From: an uncultured Nitrospira sp.
Lineage (GTDB): Bacteria; Nitrospirota; Nitrospiria; Nitrospirales; Nitrospiraceae
Assembly (NCBI GenBank): GCA_902500825.1
Contig: CABVRX010000011.1
Location: forward strand, 38,409-102,408
Length of the DNA stretch: 64,000 nt
Direction of reading: 5' to 3'
The notes beneath the pieces are model-generated. The model was given only the letters and a program-made list of their open reading frames with translations. It had not been told where the DNA came from and made no database searches. Shown here one piece after another: positions 38,142 through 47,219 of the stretch. Position 1 is the stretch's first letter; each line of letters opens with the position of its first letter. Position numbers and translations under genes: made by a program.

Positions 38142-38834
38142 TCAGCAAAAATTAGAGCGGACATATTCGGTAACTTTCTCTATAGCGATACTCGGAACAG
38201 TAATAACCAATCCATCGAGCAACATGGATGGAAACTTCAGGACATATTTCTCAGATTCAATATCGCTTACATCGATCTCCGCTGTGTACCAGCCAAACGT
38301 TTCCCATAGATCTTGGCCAAGAATCCTGTGAATTGTCTTTTGCTCATAACCAGATCTTCCTCGGAACTCAACAGTCGGAGGAAACGCGTAAGTCGCATTC
38401 ACATACGTCCCAAAACTCCCCTCATTTCTCATCTGATAGGACTTGGTTTCCTCAAGCTTAGCAACTGGCTCATGGCGGCGTATGGAAGCTTGCCGTTCGG
38501 ATTCAAATCGTCGATACTCGTCATATATGAACTGCGCCAATGATTTTCTTCCGACAGTGCCCCCTTGAATGTTGCTGATAAGAACTTCTTGATCTTGAAG
38601 TTGAAGTACGTGGCCTTCTCCAAGATGAACCACAAACGCTATTCTCCCTCCTCCCGTATAGATTTTCATTCCAAGTTCATCATGCAGTTTAAAACCAAGT
38701 ACGTTGTCAGGGCCATGACATGCTGTGTAAAAGTACCCTCCCGGTCCAATCGGCTTGAGATAAGTTTGCTTGGTATAGATACAGGAAGTCAGCAGGATCT
38801 GCATCAATGCAAGACCCAATACTCCTATTCGCAT
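38142..38834 (-). CDS. AT-rich lipoprotein of unknown function
   Basis: Lipobox LTSC. Visibly lower GC than its flanks. Confidence 0.7.
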   Translation of the reverse strand: MRIGVLGLALMQILLTSCIYTKQTYLKPIGPGGYFYTACHGPDNVLGFKLHDELGMKIYTGGGRIAFVVHLGEGHVLQLQDQEVLISNIQGGTVGRKSLAQFIYDEYRRFESERQASIRRHEPVAKLEETKSYQMRNEGSFGTYVNATYAFPPTVEFRGRSGYEQKTIHRILGQDLWETFGWYTAEIDVSDIESEKYVLKFPSMLLDGLVITVPSIAIEKVTEYVRSNFC

Positions 38835-38926
38835 ATTTACATTCCTTCTCTCTCTTAAGCCTTACTTCACCGCACTGAACAGCAAGTGTGGCAAGTGTAG
38901 TGGAATTTCTTGCTGTACTTGTGTGT

Positions 38927-39322
38927 CTACAGCTTCTTGCCGATGTGCTTTCGTAGCCACATGGTCAAAGCATCTTTGCCCAGCTCCCCAGCTGCAACTT
39001 GGAGAGTGACAGCCTCCAGACCTTTGGGGTCTGGAAAGTCCTTAATCCCATTCAGGTAGAGAAATACAAGCGCAGACAGAACCGCTGCCCGCTTGTTTCC
39101 ATCAACAAAGGGATGGTTCTGGGCAATGTGAAACATATAGGCCGCTGCCATTGCAGGAAGGTCTTCATGGAGATAGTCGCCGCCGAATTGTTGTCTAGGC
39201 ATTGCCACAGCGGCATCCAGCAGGCCGTGATCTCTCACGCCATGTGAGCCCCCATCAATATCGATGGTATCGGTGTGGAGCAACAGAACGTCGTCCACGC
39301 TGAGAAAGGTGATGTCTTCCAC
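38927..39322 (-). CDS. doc: Doc/Fic family toxin
   Basis: HGVRDHGLLDAAVAMP and HPFVDGNKRAA. GTG start just after the antitoxin stop. Confidence 0.9.
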   Translation of the reverse strand: MEDITFLSVDDVLLLHTDTIDIDGGSHGVRDHGLLDAAVAMPRQQFGGDYLHEDLPAMAAAYMFHIAQNHPFVDGNKRAAVLSALVFLYLNGIKDFPDPKGLEAVTLQVAAGELGKDALTMWLRKHIGKKL

Positions 39323-39326
39323 TGCA

Positions 39327-39560
39327 TCAGTCCGCAAGCCGCTTTAACATCGGTCCATACTTCTTCCGCAGCTCTTTGATCGTGGCCTTCATGCGGTCTG
39401 GACCAACACCGACGTTCGCCGGCGTAATGACAAGCGCATTACCATTGACTGTGACCTGCAGTGGAGTTTCTTCCGTAATACCAAGTGCCTGCATTACTGG
39501 CTTTTCAATAATCAATGCTGCGCTATTCCCATGCTTTTGCAATCTCTTGATCATGCTCAC
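39327..39560 (-). CDS. AbrB/MazE/SpoVT-like antitoxin
   Basis: KHGNSAALII...LGIT...VTVNGNALVITP. Directly upstream of doc. Confidence 0.85.
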   Translation of the reverse strand: MSMIKRLQKHGNSAALIIEKPVMQALGITEETPLQVTVNGNALVITPANVGVGPDRMKATIKELRKKYGPMLKRLAD

Positions 39561-39569
39561 CTCTTGTCC

Positions 39570-39603
39570 TTACAATGTTACAACGCGCAGCTCGTGATGT
39601 CCA
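39570..39603 (-). promoter_or_regulatory. TA promoter/operator
   Basis: Minus strand TGGACA-N17-TAACAT. A TTACAA direct repeat (39570-75, 39578-83) overlaps the -10. Confidence 0.5.
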
Positions 39604-39844
39604 GTGAGAGAAATGGCTCCCCGGAACAATTCTATACCTTCCTCAGCCGCACTGGCCCGCAGGCTGGAGGGCATCTGAAGTTTTTTGATGGCTTCCGTAA
39701 GACCGGCAAGGAATGGAACAGTATCCCTCGCGCTTGAATCGCTCGCGTGGTCGTTTGCCTTATCGCTAATCAATGTGCTTCACTGCTCTCGGAGGGCGAT
39801 TCTTCTCGCAGGCTGGAGTCAACTCTGCAGTAACAGGCTTCCCG

Positions 39845-40432
39845 CTATGCTCCCTGCTTCCCCTTATTTTTCGCAACCACGGCGATCACCTGAAACAGCT
39901 TTTCGACTCGGGCCTTGTATTGGTTCATGAATTGAGCCGTCCACATCTTGTTATATTCGATGGCGGCACTCTTCTTCATTCCCGCATCCTTTTCACCAAG
40001 CGGCGAAGAATAGTGCGCAATGAGACGGTCAAGCTCGTCTTCACCAAAACTCCTCGAATACGCATGCTTTAAATGGTCATGGAGGGTCTCAACCTGTCCT
40101 ATCGATTTTCTGACGTCCTTCAAGAATGCTTCAATCAGCCGTTCGATTTCCTTCTTTTTTTCACCTACCACGTCTGGATAAGCGCTGCCAATGGATTTTC
40201 TTATTTGTTGTTCGTAATCGCTGATATATTTCTGAGTGAGAGAGTCATATTCCGATTCCAGCTCCGAGACGCGGATCAGAGTCAGCAGTTTCTCGACTTT
40301 GATGGATTTTGAGTTCTCAATCGTTGCCGCTTCCGCGGCAACCAGACCCACGCTCGGCGTTACGCAACAGAACCAACCTAGCAGCGCAGCAACCGTACTC
40401 CTGACATGATGCATCCATTCCAAGTTGTGCAT
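39845..40432 (-). CDS. DUF2059-like exported protein
   Basis: Signal-like N-terminus and FGEDELDRLIAHYSSPLGEK. TTGACG-N16-TAGACT upstream. Confidence 0.7.
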   Translation of the reverse strand: MHNLEWMHHVRSTVAALLGWFCCVTPSVGLVAAEAATIENSKSIKVEKLLTLIRVSELESEYDSLTQKYISDYEQQIRKSIGSAYPDVVGEKKKEIERLIEAFLKDVRKSIGQVETLHDHLKHAYSRSFGEDELDRLIAHYSSPLGEKDAGMKKSAAIEYNKMWTAQFMNQYKARVEKLFQVIAVVAKNKGKQGA

Positions 40433-40571
40433 GGTGCTCACCTCTTGCAAGCGAGTCTACATCGTATGAACTGATCGTCAAGAAATATGAGTCTTTATCG
40501 GCAGGTCTTTGCTCAGAAAGATTGCGTCGTGGGCTTTGGGATGCGTTGACAAGAAGTGCTGAATAAGCGCG

Positions 40572-42203
40572 TTACGTTTTCTCTAACCGTACCGGCCCAT
40601 AGACTTGGCGGGCTTGCTGGAGTTCTTTGACATGCTTCCGCAGGGCCGGGGCAAAAGTGGAACATTCTACATCTCGTGTAAAGCGTTCGCTCTCGCGTTC
40701 AACCAGTTCGATTGCTTCGGTCAGCAGTCCGACCAATCGACGGCCTGAACTGGTGAGCCACCCGAGATGATGATCGGCATAGTGCAGATCTTGCAGCGAG
40801 TAACGGACCGACCCGACTTCTTCCAAGCAACGAAAGCGCGCGCGGTGCAAGTCTCGCTCTATAAGACCAGCCTTCTTCCATCTTGTCGCCCCATCTCGTC
40901 CCAAAGCCCAGGACGAAAGCCGCTGGAATAAGCACGCACCCATAGTAAACGTAAATGTCGCGTGAAGAATGCCTCGCAACGGCCGGAGGCTCCGTCGCCA
41001 CGGTGAGTAGAAGATCTGCTGATTATGGTCCCCCTGATACAGGACATATTTTCGCAGGAGAAGATTCAAGTGGTGATGGCTGTTTTCATGGATGAGGTCG
41101 TCGATCAGGTCAAGGTTGCCGCGATCGAAGCAGTTGATGAATGACAATCCAGGTCGATGCCGGTAGCTGAAACTGACCACCCCCTTCGCCTGCAGCGGGA
41201 CAATACGAGAAGTCAGCAGCTTCAGCACCTCATGACCTTCAGGCCAAGCGAGCTGGATAATTTGCCAAGCACGGGCGATTCGTGCAACCTGTCGCGGTTC
41301 TGTAGGCTTCACGGTTCTCGGCTGGCGATTCTTTCCGTAGACAAGAGTTGAGGCGACCGTCACTGGTTCATTTCCGAGTATCGCAACCGTAGGTGCATGA
41401 TATGCCCACTGCCAGTGTCTCTTTTCTCCCCGCCCCGACCAGATGCGAGAGATAATCTTACCGGCCTTCACCGCTATGCCGGTCGGCTCCACTCGAAATA
41501 CCACACGCCCGGATGCGTGATGCAACGCTCGTCGAATCTCTTTTGGCGCTTGGCACCATGCTCCGGTTGTATCAACCGCAATCGTTCCCCCGAGTTCACT
41601 GCGCTCACAATTGGGAGCCAGCGTCCCAGGCACATCCCAATGCCCGACCTTCCGCTGATGGCACCACCTGGACGTCAATGCCGGATCAAACCAGAGAGAC
41701 TCAAGAGTCAATTCCTGCGCCAATCGTCGACACAGCGCCAACAACCGCTTCTCTAAGCCACGTGCGTGAGGCTGGCCCGTTGGAAAAAGATCGTCAAGGT
41801 AGCCATGTTCAAAAAACTTCTCCTGGCACTCGTGCAACAATTGTTCTGCAAACTCACGCGGAGCCTTGTCACTCATTAGTTGCTCAAGCACATCCAAGAG
41901 ATACACCAGGTCATTCAGCGTCTCGATCCATCCGACAACTTTCCAGTTGGAATAGGCCCCAAGTTCGAGACTTGACCGGAGACTGTCAAAGAAGCCGGTC
42001 GGGAGTCCGAATTCTTTGGTCAGATCGGCGTAGTCGGCATGCATCTCTCGGCACAGGTCGACAAACAGTCGCCGCATCGAGAAACGAAACTCATCTTGTA
42101 GATGCGTAAGCTGCTGCAAATCGAGAAGGAGCATGACTGGGCTACGCGTGAAATGCCGGGAGGACTCTAGCGCAGCGGGAGGATGGGCGCAAGTTTGAAG
42201 CAC
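40572..42203 (-). CDS. HEXXH-motif (aKG-HExxH) putative peptide/protein modification enzyme
   Basis: VSFS...GLSFIN, DDLIHENSHHHL, YSPWRRSLRPLRGILHA. Start may be ATG 42134. Confidence 0.85.
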   Translation of the reverse strand: MLQTCAHPPAALESSRHFTRSPVMLLLDLQQLTHLQDEFRFSMRRLFVDLCREMHADYADLTKEFGLPTGFFDSLRSSLELGAYSNWKVVGWIETLNDLVYLLDVLEQLMSDKAPREFAEQLLHECQEKFFEHGYLDDLFPTGQPHARGLEKRLLALCRRLAQELTLESLWFDPALTSRWCHQRKVGHWDVPGTLAPNCERSELGGTIAVDTTGAWCQAPKEIRRALHHASGRVVFRVEPTGIAVKAGKIISRIWSGRGEKRHWQWAYHAPTVAILGNEPVTVASTLVYGKNRQPRTVKPTEPRQVARIARAWQIIQLAWPEGHEVLKLLTSRIVPLQAKGVVSFSYRHRPGLSFINCFDRGNLDLIDDLIHENSHHHLNLLLRKYVLYQGDHNQQIFYSPWRRSLRPLRGILHATFTFTMGACLFQRLSSWALGRDGATRWKKAGLIERDLHRARFRCLEEVGSVRYSLQDLHYADHHLGWLTSSGRRLVGLLTEAIELVERESERFTRDVECSTFAPALRKHVKELQQARQVYGPVRLEKT

Positions 42204-42332
42204 ACTTGCGGGTTTTCACGACAGATCGTACAGTGCGCAGAAGAAACGTACTAATCAGTGCCGAGATTGTCCACATGAGATCAAGTTGAAGCACAGGTTG
42301 GGCTGTCGGACCGTTCAAGGAATTGCCTTATC

Positions 42333-43772
42333 ATGTTGACCGCATCGGATGTAACAGAGGTACTAAGAGAGATTTCCCCTCTCCTGCGCGACGGTTGGAT
42401 TCAGAAGATTCAGCAGCCTACAGACCGTACTTTGGTGCTGGATGTGCGTGTACCGGGACAGACACATCGACTGCTGATCTGCTGCCAACCGGACCTCACT
42501 CGTTTGCACGTCACCACGCACTCACTGCCCAATCCTCCGACACCTCCACCGTTCTGCCAATTTCTCAGAGCCCATTTCCATGGAGCGAGGATCGACGGTA
42601 TTCGTCAGATCGGAAATGATCGTATCGTTGAATTGCAGATCGCCGGAAGAGAGAGCGCGCACGTAATCGTGTGCGAATTGACCGGCCACAAGGCCAACAT
42701 TCTGGTCCTTGATGCCGAACGTCGAGTGTTGAGAGATCTCACTCGTCAACACCATCTCGTCGGCCAAGCCTATGTCTCACCATCTCAACGCAGCACCGTC
42801 CACGAAGCAATACCTAGCCGTTTCACGAGAACGATCGGAGGCATCCTCCCTGTTTCAGAAGCGATCGATGCCTATTACCGCGAACAAGAGGCCACACAAA
42901 CGACTGATCGAATAAAAGAAGAACGTCTGCGCGTCCTCAAGAAAACGCTCAAAAAAGAGCAGCGATTGACTGAGGCTTGGCGGAACGACCTATCAAGAGT
43001 CACCACCTATCGAGACTATGCTCGGTATGGAGAATTGCTCAAGGCCCGCCTCGGTGCGATCGAGACGGGAACCGACCATATTGAGATAACTGATTATTTC
43101 GATGACAGGCTTCCCACCATCACGATTCCGCTCAATCCTATGAAATCAGCCCAGGGTAATATGGGCGACTACTTTCGAAAATATCGAAAATATCTTGCTG
43201 CCGAACGCACACTCAAACCACGGATCGAGCGAGCCGAGCACGGCATAGAGCAGCTGCGCCAGGAGATCAAGCAAATTGAGCAAGGAACCTGGACTCCACC
43301 TGCCGTATCTCCTGCCCGCCTAAATGCCGCGACCATGGTTCGAGCAATCGCCGGCAAGAATCAAGTCGCCACGGATCAGCGACGTGGCCCATTTCGCCGG
43401 TTTACCTCGACAGATGGACTACCGATCTTTGTTGGACGCAATGCCCAAGAAAATGACGGGCTGACGTTCGGCCTCGCCAAGAGCGACGATCTCTGGTTGC
43501 ACGCTCGCAGCGTACCAGGCTCTCATGTTGTCGTGAGATTGGACAAAGGCGCCGATCCTCCGCCAGAAACCCTGCGTGATGCCGCCATGTTGGCACTCCT
43601 CTATAGTGATCTCAAGAAAAGCGGCAAAGGCGAGGTGATCTATACGCGGCGCAAGTGGGTGAAGAAAGCGAAGGGGCAGGCGTCTGGAGCGGTAATCGTC
43701 ACTCAGGAAAAATCCCTGTACGTCAGTCTTGAGAAAAACCGGCTTGAGGCGCTCAAGAATCGAACGAGCTAG
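42333..43772 (+). CDS. rqcH: RqcH/NFACT (FbpA-like) ribosome quality-control protein
   Basis: IQKIQQP, FCQFLRAH, RIVELQI, GRNAQEND, DDLWLHARSVPGSHVVV. Confidence 0.85.
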   Translation: MLTASDVTEVLREISPLLRDGWIQKIQQPTDRTLVLDVRVPGQTHRLLICCQPDLTRLHVTTHSLPNPPTPPPFCQFLRAHFHGARIDGIRQIGNDRIVELQIAGRESAHVIVCELTGHKANILVLDAERRVLRDLTRQHHLVGQAYVSPSQRSTVHEAIPSRFTRTIGGILPVSEAIDAYYREQEATQTTDRIKEERLRVLKKTLKKEQRLTEAWRNDLSRVTTYRDYARYGELLKARLGAIETGTDHIEITDYFDDRLPTITIPLNPMKSAQGNMGDYFRKYRKYLAAERTLKPRIERAEHGIEQLRQEIKQIEQGTWTPPAVSPARLNAATMVRAIAGKNQVATDQRRGPFRRFTSTDGLPIFVGRNAQENDGLTFGLAKSDDLWLHARSVPGSHVVVRLDKGADPPPETLRDAAMLALLYSDLKKSGKGEVIYTRRKWVKKAKGQASGAVIVTQEKSLYVSLEKNRLEALKNRTS

Positions 43773-43884
43773 GCAACTTCTCTGTGAACCGCTTTTTCAA
43801 GATTCCTAGGTCACTTGTCAAAATGGAAGTTTTCCTCGTCATGGAAAATGTTCAGCACTATGATGGGAGCGGGAGGCCCCACGC

Positions 43885-44391
43885 ATGGAGAGGCAGCGGG
43901 ATAGTCGATCATCAGAGGTTTCGCCGACCATCTTAGTCGTCGACGACGAACTCTCGATCACCAAACTCTGCAAAGCTCTTTTGGAAGGATCAGGACTCAC
44001 CGTCCTCGAGGCTGATAGCAGCTCCGAAGCGCTCAAGATCTGTGCGCAGCATCAAGGACCGATCGATCTACTACTTACAGATCTTGTCTTACCTCCACCG
44101 GGTTTTCAGTTAGCCTCAAACGCCAACCAATTTCCGCACGTCAACGGCCATGAGCTGGCAGTTCGCGCAACGATGATTCGAATCGGCCTCCGCATCATCC
44201 TGATGTCGGGGAATCCTGACAAGGAACTTGTCGGCCATGGGATCAAGCGGGGAACACTCCCATTCTTGGCAAAACCGTTCGAGGGTGACCGCCTGATCGC
44301 CCTCGTACGAAACGTGCTTGCACAGCCGGCGCCGACCCTTGCGGTAGAAGAGCGGGCCCGCGCCGCCAACGACACCGACTGGTTCGGTTGA
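43885..44391 (+). CDS. Single-domain response regulator
   Basis: ILVVDDE, LLLTD, LMSG and LAKPF, with an insertion after the phospho-Asp. Confidence 0.85.
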   Translation: MERQRDSRSSEVSPTILVVDDELSITKLCKALLEGSGLTVLEADSSSEALKICAQHQGPIDLLLTDLVLPPPGFQLASNANQFPHVNGHELAVRATMIRIGLRIILMSGNPDKELVGHGIKRGTLPFLAKPFEGDRLIALVRNVLAQPAPTLAVEERARAANDTDWFG

Positions 44392-44474
44392 GTCCGGTGC
44401 GACAGGCCACGACCAATGTTGGGGTTTAACAAAAAGCACAAGCCCTCTAGCCCTTACCCTCCAACCTTAATGTC

Positions 44475-45137
44475 CTAGAAATGCTCCGTCATGAACCATC
44501 CGGCGATCGATAACCGCCGATGCTGGCCCGCCGTGGGGTCCACGCGGCAGACTCGATGGAAGCGAGGGACGGTAAACATGACAAGCGATCCTGGGTGAGG
44601 TTCGATACAGTGAGTCGGCGTCAGATTGATAGGCCCACCGGCATGGTCTGCTCGTCGCTCATAGATGACCAATTCCCCACCCCAATCAGGCTGCCATTCC
44701 TCATGAAAGTAGGCGACGACGGCGATTCGGCGTTGCAACGCTCGACGGCTCTCTGCGAGACGACCCTGATCCGTGTCGTCATGAGTCAAGAGACAGTCGC
44801 CGGCAGAATAGGAATAGTAATTGAATCCAACATGACGCCCAATAATATTCGGGAAAGATTCGATATGCTCCCGAACGCAGGCGAGCTGTAGCTGCGACAG
44901 AAATCGTTGCCCCGCTTCTGAGTCGATTTCGGCCTTTGCCCAATTGCCGGAATTCGGAAAATCTTGTCGAGCATTCGGTAAATCGGAAAGGCTTTTCCAG
45001 GACGCCTGGTTCATCTTTTCCCGAAAGAACCGTCGCTCTTCCGCAGACCAAAACTTTTCCACAACCAGTACCGGACTTCTCTGGAATGAGAATGAAGATA
45101 AATCGGCCGGTTCTATCGTCGATTGTAAAACATTCAT
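44475..45137 (-). CDS. 2OG-Fe(II) oxygenase (prolyl hydroxylase-like)
   Basis: LLTHDD (HxD), RRIAVVAYF, WGGEL, FHRV, RLSIAGWF. Confidence 0.9.
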   Translation of the reverse strand: MNVLQSTIEPADLSSFSFQRSPVLVVEKFWSAEERRFFREKMNQASWKSLSDLPNARQDFPNSGNWAKAEIDSEAGQRFLSQLQLACVREHIESFPNIIGRHVGFNYYSYSAGDCLLTHDDTDQGRLAESRRALQRRIAVVAYFHEEWQPDWGGELVIYERRADHAGGPINLTPTHCIEPHPGSLVMFTVPRFHRVCRVDPTAGQHRRLSIAGWFMTEHF

Positions 45138-45274
45138 GGTTCTTCACAGTCCTTGCAGTGGATCGTACGTATCATTGCCTCCGGCCTATTATCTCCTGTT
45201 CAATTCTCGAAAAAAAGAAAGGGGTTGCCATTTTCTATGGCAACCCCTGTTCGTTCTTTACGCTGAGCTAATTA

Positions 45275-45610
45275 TTACCAGCGATCGCGCTTTCCACCGC
45301 CTCCGCTCCGACCGCCGCCACCGAATCCACCACGCCCGCCGCCGCCACCGCCTGTGCGAGGTTCTTGAGGACGCGCTTCATTGACTGTTAAAGTCCGACC
45401 ACCCATTTCCGACCCGTTGAGAGCCGTGATTGCAGATTGGGCTTCGGAGTCCGAGGACATTTCCACAAAGCCGAATCCACGGGATTGACCGGTGAACTTA
45501 TCCGTAATGATCCGTGCCGAGGCCACTGCGCCATGGGCTGCGAATAAGTCACTCAATTGCTGCTCGGTCGCCGAATACGGCAACCCACCGACATAAATCT
45601 TCGAACCCAT
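45275..45610 (-). CDS. RRM RNA-binding protein with Gly-rich tail
   Basis: IYVGGL, RGFGFVEM, VNEARP and a GGGG tail. Confidence 0.95.
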   Translation of the reverse strand: MGSKIYVGGLPYSATEQQLSDLFAAHGAVASARIITDKFTGQSRGFGFVEMSSDSEAQSAITALNGSEMGGRTLTVNEARPQEPRTGGGGGGRGGFGGGGRSGGGGKRDRW

Positions 45611-45836
45611 CGGGGTTCCTCCTTTAAGATAATGACATTGTCTTGAGCACGAGGAACGGGGAAGGAGCGGGCCGAAGACGCGATCGATGCAGCGACTTAG
45701 GTCTGACTTCCGACAAAATTCCCGGACAAGGCAACATCGGCATTGCGGGTCTCCTCTGATAGACACTCAGTGTCGCCGAGACCCAGCACGACATGAGTCG
45801 AATATACCCTAGCACAAAGCCCGCTGGATTACAACC

Positions 45837-46628
45837 TCACTCCCCGACTCGAACCAGGAGCCCTTGGTCCTTACAATAGGCAACCGTCCGATAGAACCAT
45901 GCGACGACGCCGACAAGCAAGGCCCCGTTCAGGCAAACCGCCCAGGCAAGGTCCCTAATGGGTGATGCGTCCGTACTCAGAACCGTTCGCATGCCCTCAA
46001 AGATATGTGCCGCCGGATTCACAAATGCAATCATCTGCAGCCATTTAGGCAACACTTCCATTGGATAGAAAACACAGGAGATCGGCTGGAAGAGAAACAC
46101 CATGCTCCAGGCGAGTACTTCGGCCTCTTGTCCGAACCTCATGATCAGTGAGGTCGTAAACACGCCAATAATCCACCCGGTAACGACCAAATTGAGTACA
46201 AACGGCATCAGCCATGCCCCAATGACCATGATGTTATACGAATAAAAAACGAGTGCACAGCCCGCCATGACTATCGAGACAACCGTCACCTTCATCACGC
46301 TCATGGCCATTGTGGCGGTCAGAAACTCGCTCGGTTTCAGCGGGCTGGCGAACAGGTTCATCAAATTACGCGCCCAGAGCTCTTCGAGAAACGAAATGGT
46401 GATTCCCTGTTGCGATCTGAACAGCATGTCCCAGAGGATCAATGCGCCCAAAAAAAAGGTGACGAATCCAGGGACTTGGCTTTGATATCGAGCGAGATAG
46501 AGCGTGATAAACCCCCAGATCACGAGATCCAGAAAAGGCCAGTAAAAGATTTCCATAATGCGGGGCAAACTACGTCGGTAGAGATACAAATGCCTGACGA
46601 TCAATGCCGTGATGCGGTGCAGTTTCAT
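45837..46628 (-). CDS. ABC-2 type transporter permease
   Basis: Six-TM pattern, EELWARNLMNLFASP, YPMEVLPKW, with a GGAGG RBS. Confidence 0.9.
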   Translation of the reverse strand: MKLHRITALIVRHLYLYRRSLPRIMEIFYWPFLDLVIWGFITLYLARYQSQVPGFVTFFLGALILWDMLFRSQQGITISFLEELWARNLMNLFASPLKPSEFLTATMAMSVMKVTVVSIVMAGCALVFYSYNIMVIGAWLMPFVLNLVVTGWIIGVFTTSLIMRFGQEAEVLAWSMVFLFQPISCVFYPMEVLPKWLQMIAFVNPAAHIFEGMRTVLSTDASPIRDLAWAVCLNGALLVGVVAWFYRTVAYCKDQGLLVRVGE

Positions 46629-46650
46629 CGGCACGGCCTCCCCGCATTAT

Positions 46651-46809
46651 TCATGACGGTTCGTCGCGAAATCGCCAAGCCGCGTCGTGAGACCGGCGCG
46701 CGGAGCGCGGAGGATCTGAGGCGTACTCGTGCAGTACGTCGACGGTCCGAGGAGCGAGTCCGCCGGCTCGTCGGAACAGCGGATCGGCGATTGCAGCAGA
46801 AGTGTTCAT
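46651..46809 (-). CDS. Possible 52-aa small ORF (not in track)
   Basis: The ATG overlaps the upstream TGA (ATGA), and the ORF fills the operon gap. Confidence 0.3.
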   Translation of the reverse strand: MNTSAAIADPLFRRAGGLAPRTVDVLHEYASDPPRSARRSHDAAWRFRDEPS

Positions 46810-47219
46810 GAATACTGCGAGGGATGATCATGCCCGTCGTGACAGTCCCCGCATCCCTGATGCATACCGAGAAGGTTCTCCATGAGATGCCGGACACCCG
46901 CGGCCAGGTGCGTCCCCGCCCATTGTCCGTCTGGCATCCGCCGTAACCAAAGGCCCGCCAGCACCGTCGGCATCCCCATGAGTCCCATTGCGAACACGGA
47001 CGTCATGCGCTCAAGGCCACCCATCCACCACACAAGAGCAAGCGCCAAGGCAAGCGGCACACATCCTCCCACCAAGCTCATGAAGACTATACGTCGGCCA
47101 CAAGTCCCTCGACTCAGACCGACCAGACTGATCGCCAGCCAAAAGAAACCCCAGGCTGCACTGAGTGCAAGCCCTCCCGTAAGAAATCCTGCGAAACAAT
47201 CGATCAATACGTCTGTCAC
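46806..47219 (-). CDS. Membrane protein with C-terminal CxxCH/His-rich tail
   Basis: Three TM helices and the tail HQGCGDCHDGHDH. Coupled to the ABC ATPase stop. Confidence 0.7.
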   Translation of the reverse strand: MTDVLIDCFAGFLTGGLALSAAWGFFWLAISLVGLSRGTCGRRIVFMSLVGGCVPLALALALVWWMGGLERMTSVFAMGLMGMPTVLAGLWLRRMPDGQWAGTHLAAGVRHLMENLLGMHQGCGDCHDGHDHPSQYS

